A stretch of DNA of 64,000 nt from Amoebophrya sp. A120 (Eukaryota > Protista > Dinoflagellata): the NCBI GenBank assembly GCA_905178155.1, contig CAJINV010000009.1, positions 3,218,768 through 3,282,767 on the forward strand, given 5' to 3'. How positions within the stretch are numbered: the first letter of the stretch is position 1; each line of letters begins with the position of its first letter. The position numbers and the translations under genes are program-made. Below the pieces are notes generated by a model. It saw only the letters and a list, made by a program, of their open reading frames with translations, was not told where the DNA came from and ran no database searches. Shown here in pieces: positions 26,022 through 35,891 of this stretch.

Positions 26022-29000
26022 AATGTCTCCGCGCTCTCGTTCCCGCTCTCGCTCCCGCTCCGTGGAGCGCCGCCGCTCCCCGGAACCCCGCCGTGAGAAT
26101 CGCGACCGCGACCGTTCTATGGATTGTAAAAATGTCTGGGTCTGGAAGGATGCGAACTTGTGATGCGCATTTCACAACACAGATAAATCTCTCATGCACA
26201 GGCAGCAAAAGGTAAAGGTGCCCACTTCCGGTCACCAAAATGGGGAATTTGTCATGCGGATTAAGCAATGCGGAAGCTTCTCGAAATCTGTGATGCTAGG
26301 GCTTCCATGACAGACATTTTGCGTCATGCAAAAACTGCATGACATCTTCCAGACCCAGACATTTTTGCAGTTGATACGCTCTATCTCCCGCGAGCGCCCC
26401 CGTGGTGGCAATGGTGGCGGCGACGGTGGCACCACTTTGTGGGTCGTATCAAATGTAAAAGTGTCTGGGTATGGAAGAATGCAACTTGTGATGCTGATTT
26501 TGGATTCTAAAAAAATCTGTATTGCATGAGCAGCAAAGAGAGTCCAAATTTTGCAGCACGGAAAGAGCATTTGTCATGCGGAATAGGCATCGGGAAGCCC
26601 TCTAAAAATCTGTGATGCTAGGGCATGCGTCACAGACTTGAGGAGTCATGCAAAATGTGCATGACAAACCCGGTAATCTTCCAGACCCAGACATTTTTAC
26701 ACTTGATAGGTCGGCGGGTTGCCCGAATCCGTGCGGGAGGACGACGTGCGCGACGTTTTCAGCAAGTTCGGAAAGGTATGGTAATGTATTTTGGACTACA
26801 ACACCAGGCTCTTTTAGCAATAGAAAAGGAGCCCGCTATCCCGCTACCGCATGACAAAGTTGAAGTGCGGATAAGTACTAGTCTGGGACTTTCACAACTC
26901 ATCTAATATGCGAAAGACAAATCATGGTGGGTGCAAGAACAGGAAAAAATCTGTGATTGCAGTCCGTGCATGATAAACTGTAAGTATTTCTTTTCAGATG
27001 CATGGTTCCTATGTCTAGAAAAAAAAAATATTATAGAACTTCTAAAAACGCTATAGAGATTCTCACGCATAGACATTCTGACTCTCATAGATGTTCTCGC
27101 TGCTCTTTGTTGAAAACAATAATTGGCACACGGTGCGCGCTTCGGATTTTTGTTTTGGAGGGGCGCGGGCGTCCTCTCGTATTCTGCCTGCGCTTGGCGC
27201 CGGGAAAATGGCATTGCGCCTACCGCGCGCGCTTCCCTAGGCGCCGTCGCTGACAGTGGTGATGGTATGCGCGTGCCCATTCTGTATTGCTCTGTGGCCG
27301 GGAGAAAAATTTGGAGCGCCGCGCGCACGCAGACACCCTGGCCCGAGCAGGGGGCGGATGCTTCCTTATTTCCTTTTGCTATCAGGGGCCGGCCGAAAAA
27401 AAATTTTCGCGCGCGCCGCGCCCACTCAGGCGCGCGCCATGACCGGGCAGGCGTAGAGGCCCTTCCCTATGCGTGCCCGGTAGCCGCGCGCTTGCCGAGA
27501 ATTTTTTTTCGTGCACAGCGCATGCGCAAGCGCTTTGGCCTGAGGGCGTGGAAGGTATTCTTTCGTGTCCGGAAACCCGGGGCGGGCCGGAAAAATATTC
27601 TGCGAGCGCGCGCTGCGTGTGCGCAGACGCCTTGGCGGGGGGGCGCGGAGCGAATGTTTTTTGCGCGTCCAGCAGCGAGGGCGGCGCGCCGGAAAAAAAA
27701 AAGTTGCGCGCGCGCGCATGCGCATGCGCCCCGACCTGAAGGCGCGGAAGCCTTTGGTCGTTCCCAGCTATCGAGGGCCGCCCGATCGAAAAAAGTCTTT
27801 CGCCCGTTGCGCGCCCGCAGACGCCTTTGCCTGTCTGAGGGCGGTTGGGTTTTTTTCGCGTCCTCCAGGCGGGGCCTCGGCGGCAAATATTTGTCGTGCG
27901 CTCGCTGCGCGCGCGCAGGCGCCTCGGCCTCGGGGCGCGGAAGGTTTTCGGTGCGTTCGGCAGTCGGGGGCCGTCCGGGAAAAAGTTTGCGCGTGTTGCG
28001 CGCACGCAGACCGCCCTGGCCTTGGGTGAGCGTGGGAGGTGCCTCTCCATGGCCGGCTAAAAGGCGTTGACCGGAAAAAACCTCGCGTGGGTGCGCCGCG
28101 CGCATCCTCACCATGTACGGCGTCAGGGTGTGGGCTGTTTTATTTTTTTCGCGCCCCGCGATCGGGGGCCGGCCGGTAAAAAATTTTCCGCGCGCACAGC
28201 GCGCGCACGCCTTGGCCCGAGGGTGTAGAAGATCTTTTGCTCGCCCGGTGGTCGGGGGCTTGTCGAGAAAAATTTTTCGCGAGCCGCGCGCGCACAGTAG
28301 TTTTCTTTTGGCCCACAGGCGAGGAAAGTCTTTTCCGCAACCGGGCGCCAGTTGAAAACAAATTTTCGCGCGCGCGCGCCTGCGCGCGCGTCTTCCTTGG
28401 CCTGAGGGCGTGCGTAGACGCTCTTTTTCACGCCCGGCGGGGGTCGGGGGCCTGTCGAGAAAAAATTATCGCGCGTTGCGCGCGCGCGGGCACATTAGTT
28501 TTCTTTTGGCCCGTAGGCGATGAAATTTTTTCTCGCAACCGGGGGCCAGCTGAAAAAAAATTTTCGCGCGCGCGCGCGGAGCGCGCGCGTCTTCCTTGGC
28601 CTGAGGGCGTGCCTGGGCGCTCTTCTTCACGCCCGGCGGCCGGGGGCCTGTCGAGAAAATATTTTCGCGCGTTGCGCGCGCGCGGGCACATTAGTTTTCT
28701 TTTGGCCCGTAGACGAGGAATTTTTTTTCCGCAACCGGGGGCAAGCTGAAAAAAGACTTTAGCGCGCGCGCGCGCCTTCCTTGGCCCGCGGGCGTGCGTG
28801 GAAGGTTTTCTTCTCACCCGGAGGTCGGGGGCTTGTCGAGAAAAAATTTTCGCGCGCTGCGCGCGCGCGGACGCATTAGTTTTCTTTTGGCCCGTAGGCG
28901 AAGAAATTTTTTTCCGCAACCGGGGGCCAGCTGAAAAAAAACTTTAGCGCGCGCGCGCTGCGCGCGCGCGCCTTCCTTGGCCCGAGGGCGTGCCTGCGTG

Positions 29001-32000
29001 GAAGGTTTTCTTCTCACCCGGAGGTCGGGGGCTTGTCGAGAAAAAATTCCCGCGCGCTGCGCGCGCGCGGACGCGTTAGTTTTCTTTTGGCCCGTAGGCG
29101 AGGAAATTTTTTTCCGCAAGAAATTTTGTTTCCGCAACCGGGGACCAGCTGAGAAAAAATTTTCGCGCGCGCGCACAGCGCTCGCGCGCCTTCCTTGGCC
29201 TGAGGGCGTGCTTGGAAGGTTTTCCTCTCACCCGGAGGTCGGGGGCTTGTCGAGAAAATATTTTCGCGCGCTGCGCGCGCGCGGGCGCATTAGTTTTCTT
29301 CCGGCCCGTAGGCGAGGAAATTTTTTTCCGTAAGAAATTTTTTTCCGCAACCGGGGGCCGGCTGAAAAAAAACTTTAGCGCGCTGCGTGCGCGCGCGCGC
29401 CTTTCTTTGCGTGGGTGAGTCAGTGGCTTGAGACTTTTTTTCACGCCCGGCGGCCGGGGGCTTGCTGGAAAAAAAATATCGCGCGCTGTGCGCGCACACA
29501 TGTTGGCCAGGGGGCGCGGCGAGGTGTTGCTTGCACCCGGCAACCGGGGCTGCCGGAAGAAATAGAGCAAATTTTCGCCACCGCCCCCTGCCCGCCCGCA
29601 GGCGCCGGCCTTGGTCTGCGGGCGGGCGCGGAGGTTTTTTTCGCGCCGCCCCCTCGGGGTCTTGCCGGGAAAATATTCGCGGCGCGCAGGCGCCTTGTTC
29701 TGGCGCGCTTTTGCTTGCGTCCGGCGTCCGGGCAGTCCCGGAAACGACTTTCGCGCGCCGCGCGCGCGCAGCCGCCTTAGCTTGAGATGGGCGCAGAAAG
29801 TTTTTCTTCAATATGAGGAAAGCTGTTCGCCTGCTAGCAAGGTGATGACGATGGTGATGAATCGCGCGCGGCTACCGGGTGTTGGCCGGAAAAAAACTTA
29901 CCGCGCGCTGCGTGCGCATAGTGGCCGTGGCGTTAGAGGGTGGGCGGGGCCGCTTCTTTCGTGTCCACGATTGGGGGTTTGCCGGAAAAAAAATTCCGCG
30001 CGCTCCGCGCGCGCAAGCCTTTGTGCGGAGCCTTTCTCTCCGCCCGGCATTCGGGGGCGGGCTGGCGAAAATTTTTCGCGCGCGCGCGCGCACATGTTGG
30101 CCCGGGGGCGCGGTTGGGGACTTTTTGCGGACCCGCCCCCCTTCCGGGGCCGGCCCGGCTGAAAGAAAGAATAAAGTAAATTGTTCGCGCGCTGCGCGCA
30201 CGCAACCTCCTTGGCCTCCGGGCCCGGGGCGTTTTTTTCGCGCCTAGCAGCCTGCGGCCGGCCTGGAAAAACTTTTTGTGCGTAACTTCCTTGGCCTGCG
30301 GGCCCGGCCGGAGTGTTTTTTCCGCGTCCAGCCTTTCCTTGGAGGCCCGCAGGGGAAAAAAAATTTTGCGCGCTGCGCGCACGCAGGCACATTGCCCCGG
30401 GGGCGCGGGGCGTTTTTTTCGCGTCCGGCCGTTGCTGGCTTGCCGGTCGGAAAAAAAGATCGCGCACTGCGCGCACGCAGGCAGACTGGCCCGGGGGCGC
30501 GCACGCAGGCAGACTGACCCTTATGCCTTACCTGCAAAGAGCAAGGGCCTCGCCGTCCTTTTTTCGCATCTTTTCACTGTAGGTGAGCGCCCAGCTCCTC
30601 GGGGGGCCTAAGCGTCCGGCTTCTCGTAGCCGGAGAAGCTGGACTTCCAGCTTCTCGTAGCCGGAGAAGCTGGCCTTCCAGCTTCTCGTAGAGCCGCCCG
30701 GGGAAGCTGGACTGTCAGCTTCTCGTAGAGCCGGGGAAGATGGACTTTCAGCTTCTCGTAGAGCCGGGGAAGCTGGACTTTCAGCTTGTCGTAGAGCCGG
30801 GGAAGCTGGGCTTTCAGCTTCTTGTAGAGCCGGGGAAGCTGGACTTCCAGCGTCTCGTAGAGCCGGGGCAGCTGGACGCCCAGCTTCTCGTAGAGCCGGG
30901 GCAGCTGGACTTCCAGCTTCTCGTAGAGCCGGGGAAGCTGAGCTGCCGGCTTCTCGTAGAGCCGGGGAGCTGGACTGTTAGCTGCTCGGAGCAGGAGTGC
31001 TGGCGTTCTGGCTGCCAGAATCTAGAAGCTAGATTTCTAGATTTCTAGAACCTAGAAATCTAGATTTCCAGACTTCTAGATTTCTAGAAATCTAGTTTCT
31101 AGATTCTTGGCCGCCAAAGTCTAGAAACAAATCTAGAGGCTACGGAACCCAGAACCGCTATCCCAATAGACGTTCTGGGGTCAGAAGCTCTATTGCAATA
31201 GACGTTCTGACTCCAGAACCTCTACTGTGATAGAGGTTCTGGGTCCAGAAGGTACGAGATAGAGCTTCTCAAGCTAGAAAATGTCAAGAAACAGTGAAAA
31301 GATTAGAAAAAAAACAAAAAAATCAAAGAGCAACGAAATCACTAAGAAAAATAAAGAAAAGAAGAAAAAAGAAAGACTGTAGAAAATCTAGAAAAAGCTT
31401 AGAAATCTAGAAAACCTAGAACATCTATGGAGAAGTTAGAAAATGGTCGAGAACCTCTATCAATAGAGGTTCTTTTAGAAGTTCTTGAATATTTTAACTT
31501 AAATGTTCCTTCCCATATCAAAAACTCCATATCACAGATCGTCGACGTGCGCATGAAGAACAGCGACGTCCGCAAGGGCCCCCCGTTTTGCTTCGTCGAG
31601 TTTACCGACCGTGGAGATTACGCAACAGAAATGGAGTCACAGTCATGCTGAACTAGAACTCGCACGGCAACAAGTTGAATGATTTTTGCAACTACTAAAG
31701 TAGTGCGGTTGAACATCAGCCTTTGATAGAAAAGACTTCTGTTGCAGGGGAGCTTGTATGGAATCAATAAAGTCGTGTATTCAGTTGAAAAATAATGTCT
31801 TCCTTTCTTCAAAAAGACTGACTTGTTTTTTTTTGTAGTGCGGGTTCAGTGCAACGACTTTGGTCTTTCTCAACCGTTCCATACCCGTGCGCAGGACGCT
31901 ATCAAAGATCTGGATCAAGCTCGTCCCTTCCGCAAGGATGACAAGATTACCGTGCAGTTTACTGCAGAGAAGGGCTCCAAGGGGAAGGGCAAGCGCCGGC

Positions 32001-33628
32001 ACGACTCCCGGGACCGCGGCAGGGGCATATGCATTGCAAATATGTCTGGATGTCTGGAATTCTTGTGATGCTGGATGGCGTATCATGAGGAAGCCACAAG
32101 TTTGCTGGCTCAGCATGACAAGCTTCTGAGCTTCTAGGTGTTCTTGCCTCTTCTGCATGACGAACTGTGTTTCATCTGCATGACAGAAAAATGGGGCAGC
32201 TCTTGGGTACCGTGCATCACAGATTTCAACAGTCATTCCACGGGAGCATGACAAACATGCATTCTTCCAGACCCAGACATATTTGCATTTGATAGGGCAA
32301 GGGCCGCTACGACTCCCGGGACCGCGGCCGCCGGTACAGCGGGGGGAAGGACCGCGACCGCAAGGGCATCTCGAGGGCCAAAGGTACTTTTTTTAGTACT
32401 TGATGACATGCATGACAAATCTTTTTCTTAAGGTCGGTCCGCATTACAAATTTTATTTCTCATGCTGAGAAAATTTGTAATGCATTTGTAGTTTTACTAG
32501 GACGAGGACTACGATACTTTTGCATTGCATCTCGAGGGCCAAAGGTACTTTTAGTACTTGATGACTGTGCTTTTTGTTCTTGAGGTTATTCTGCATGACG
32601 AAGTAGGAATCGCGAGTTTGGTTTTGTGCAACACAGACTGGTGGATTTATTTTTCCGAAGAAAGTACAAAGCCGAGGACGCTTGTTCCGAGGAGAAAAAA
32701 TTTCAACCACTACATTTTCCTCCGCATAATTACAAATTGAAATTCCAGGTGAGTTGTCGGAGGGCGCTTACAAGATCACGTTGGAGGGAATTCCGAACGA
32801 CATGACCTGGACCGATATGCAAGAACTCTTCCGGCTCTTGATCGCAGAATGAGAGTTTGTGATGCAGAACCACATTGACGCTACTGGTACTGGCTGCTAT
32901 CTCTACTATCTATGTATCTATGTGGTTTTATGCAACACAAATTCACAAATTCTGCGCACGAGAAACGAAAAGTTTTCAATTCCATACTCTAGTTGAAGGA
33001 AATGGGAAGGCAGCATGTGGGCGGTGACAGATACATGGATGTGACGTTTGCCCGCACCTTTCGCAACCGTCAGGGCACGGCCTGCGGGATTTTGGAGTTC
33101 AAGAGCAGGTATAGAGATGAATTCGACTTGATGTAATTTCGGAGTTTGAAGACGAGTTTGTGCTGCGGACTTTTTATGCACTCGTGCATTGATTTCTCAT
33201 GCAAATATCGCAATAATTCACTTCGTACTTCCTTCTTTTCAGGTCTATGGCGCAGGATTTGGTGGACAAGTTGGATGACCGAAAGATTAAGGGCTGGGAT
33301 GCTATCCGAAATTTTGCGGGGACCACTTCGAGTCAAGGTGTCATGGGGGTAGTTTGTATTGCAAAATTTTGCAAGATTATGAAGATGAACGGTTTCTATT
33401 AACTTTGCATCACAAGGGATTGTAAGAAGTATGCAGATTAGCTGCAGATTAGCAGGATCAGCAGGAAGATTGTTCTGCAAACCACTATTTGGGCGAGGTT
33501 CTTGCTGCACTATAATAATTGCGATTCTGCAATACAAAAAAACCATTTTCTTTGACGACTCGAAGCGGCTTTACACCTCGATAGCACAGCGTCTGCGGGT
33601 CAAGATGGGAGACCACTCTTGGGACTGA
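26022..33628 (+). CDS. SR-family splicing factor (SRSF1/ASF-like, two RRMs) with an N-terminal RS tract
   Basis: Spliced frame reads MSPRSRSRSRSRS...TLWV|GGLPESVREDDVRDVFSKFGK|IVDVRMKNSDVRKGPPFCFVEF (RNP2 and RNP1)...AYKITLEGIPNDMTWT|LKEMGR (SWQDLKD-type pseudo-RRM)...GILEFKS|RSMAQDLVDKLDDRKIKG..RLRVKMGDHSWD*. Confidence 0.8.
26118..26376. mobile_element. Introner-like element, family A
   Basis: TIRs present; TSD CGTTC/CGCTC. Confidence 0.85.
26447..26708. mobile_element. Introner-like element, family A
   Basis: TIRs present; TSD GGTCG. It splits the RNP2 motif (LWV|GGLP). Confidence 0.85.
27290..30500. repeat. GC-rich satellite with ~190-210-bp units of (CG)n tracts and A/T tracts; best conserved at ~28180-29420
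   Basis: TAGTTTTCTTTTGGCCC recurs near 28298, 28497, 28692, 28878, 29077 and 29291. Confidence 0.85.
30617..30985. repeat. Minisatellite of ~11 copies of a 31-33-bp self-complementary unit
   Basis: GCTTCTCGTAGAGCCGGGGAAGCTGGACTTYCA at 30718, 30751, 30784, 30817, 30850, 30883, 30916 and 30949, plus variants upstream. Confidence 0.9.
31018..31270. repeat. TCTAGA-rich palindrome cluster and ~4 copies of a 32-bp palindromic unit
   Basis: Repeated TCTAGA; CAGAA-N-CTAT-N-ATAGA-N-TTCTG units start at ~31150, 31182, 31214 and 31246. Confidence 0.7.
32028..32294. mobile_element. Introner-like element, family A
   Basis: TIRs present; TSD GGGCA. Confidence 0.85.
33303..33583. mobile_element. Degenerate introner-like element in the last SR-gene intron
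   Basis: TATC...GATA ends with inverted CTTCGAGTC / GACTCGAAG; TSD decayed. Confidence 0.55.
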
Positions 33629-35891
33629 AGGGTGTTAGCGAAAGGCGGAAGCAAAACACCTAGAAATTGAATAAAGCGAACAACCAAACGGAAGTTACTA
33701 GTCAAGCGGTAGACACACGACAAGAAGTGGATGCTAGCGCCGTGCTTGTATCTGGTTCGAGCAAAAAATATGCGACGTATTTTTTACCTGTTTCACACCA
33801 CCGGAAATGCATTTTTCGACGGATTTGCAATTTGAGTTTATCACGACGTCAAAGCGGAGAGTTTTTAGTATTTTGAACCTAATAAAAGTTGGAGTTAGGA
33901 GGTCATCAGCTGTCCAACCAAAGCATTGTCTGTTGCACTTGCATTGAAAGCGAAACGGAGATCTGTACTTTTTCACACCACGGTGGGCCGGTAACAGAAA
34001 CCGAAACAGCCGCTATCTTCACGAAGAAGAAGTAGAACAACGGCTGTCTTGGTTTTCATCGTCTCACCTTTTAACGACGACCTTTCTATTTGCGACACTG
34101 CCGGAAAAATTATTCCCAGAAAGTTTTTTCTATTCGACTTAAATAATGTACTCTTGTTACTCTTTGTAATCTATCGATTTCTTCATGTTGGTGCACCAGA
34201 TATTTAAGTATAAATATATGGATGCTGCTTGCCTTGTTTTGGCTGGTCTGCAACGCTGCAAGGCATGTGACGGCACCGGATGTTAGCTATGGTAGGATCT
34301 CTGTCCTCTTGGAAAGAAGATGCTCGACTAAGGACCACTACTTTTGGTTTCACCACCGCTCCTTCACGATAACACATTGCACCAGTATAATTTCTTAGTG
34401 CAGCGGGAAGAGATAGAGATTTCGGAAAAGCAACTGTGGTATTTGTTTCATGGTGCGAGGAGAGCCAGAACAACGAGGAGCACGACCAAGGCACTATCAG
34501 TGTCGCAGCTGTACTTTGACGACTTAATAAAGTTGCAACTCCAAGAGCGACTACCTAGCTTTTCTTTGTCAAAAATGAGAAGATTGCGTTGCACTTCTAG
34601 TAGTAGCCGAGGCTCGTGCACCAGTTAGTTTGGAGAAAAATACGCAACAGGCGGAGACGATGGGAAATACGATTCGGAGGCTTCTGGTGTATGCCAAAAC
34701 TCCCTAGAGGTCTTGTTTGCTACCCTCCCAGGTGGTCTCAGATAGAGAAATGATCATCATCCATTGTGCTCATAAATGATTTTTTTGTTCTCCGACGATC
34801 ATATCGTTCCTGCACTCGCTGACCAAGCCTTGAAATCGATTATACAGCCTGCAGGGCAATGGACCTTATTTTTGTGGCTTGCATTTGCTATACTGAGAAG
34901 TGTAGGTGAATTGCAACTGGCTGCGAACCTGGCAGTGCGATTCCATCAGAGCCAAGGTCTTGAGTATTTTTAAGATGGTGCAGCAGTACCGGCTGGCAGC
35001 TCATCCTGTCGTAGAAATGCCGCTTGAGACAATGGAGAAATGGCACTGCTACGAGGCTTTCAACGCAGTAGATGCAAATCGAAAGAAATTTATTACGTTT
35101 CACCGACTACATGAACAAACCATTTCGACTCACTAGTGCTGTAATGCTCTGCTCCTTGTCGCAAACGAAAGACTCAAATTGAAATCGCTCTCATATAAAA
35201 ATCTAATCGTGATAAAGTCGTTTTGTCAGATCGCCGCTCGTCGTGGCATGTCTCACTGCTCTTGGTGATGCGTTTTACTTATTTCCTCGTTTGATAAAAA
35301 TTCGTTTTTCATCGCTTCAGGCACGGGCAGTTGTAGTCGTTTCAATATGGCGACTATTTTTTCACTACATAGATATACGCCTAGACGATTCTATGGAACT
35401 GCCTTTGAACGGCAATGTTTCTGGTTTAGTGTATGATGACTGGCACTTGGAAGTTTTTCTGTCAACATATGTATGGTTTCTGAGAATTATCAATCACAAA
35501 GGCAGCACGGTACTATCATATCCCAGTTTCGTGAGTTGCAGAAGAATATTTTTGTAGATAAATAATAGCACTTTCGACCGGTTTCAGTTTCACACAACTA
35601 GAGCTTGATATTATACACAATTCTGCGACTAGGACTAGTTTTAATCTTTAGACAGGAGTTTTGCATAGTGGAACGCACACGGATGGGCATTTTTCTGCCA
35701 AACCTGAGAGAAGATTTTCGCACGGACAAGTTTCTCTGAAAGCCTTACAATCTCGAATAAAACAAGTTGTAAAATATCGGCGCGACAACTAATACATCGA
35801 CAGGCAGAGCTGCAACATCTCCCCTTTATTATTACCTACACGCCAGTGATTGCTCCTGCTGTGGTGCGACGACCTGAAGATAATTTACCCT

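Larger units (their letters stand above)
27025..31495. mobile_element. ~4.5-kb non-coding element with imperfect TIRs inside intron 26776-31537
   Basis: AAAATATTATAGAACTTCTAAAA at 27025 is inverse to TTTTAGAAGTTCTTGAATATTTT ending at 31495. CATAGATGTTCT at ~27085 is inverse to AGAACATCTATG at ~31418. Confidence 0.55.

Noticed and set aside
153-26854. Recurring short ORFs containing PDPDIF, MSGSG, NVWVWK or FQTQTF
   Set aside because: These are translations of the family A TIR, not a protein family.
27123-30611. Many Arg/Ala-rich ORFs on both strands
   Set aside because: They arise from stop-poor GC satellite and show no protein-like motifs.
30617-30985. CRISPR array or 11-aa repeat protein (DFQLLVEPGKL)
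   Set aside because: Units are contiguous with no unique spacers, the context is eukaryotic with no cas genes, and the ORF is a by-product of a 33-bp unit inside an intron.
27025-31495. Autonomous master element for the introners
   Set aside because: No transposase, recombinase or reverse transcriptase ORF is visible, and the ends do not match the family A-E TIRs.
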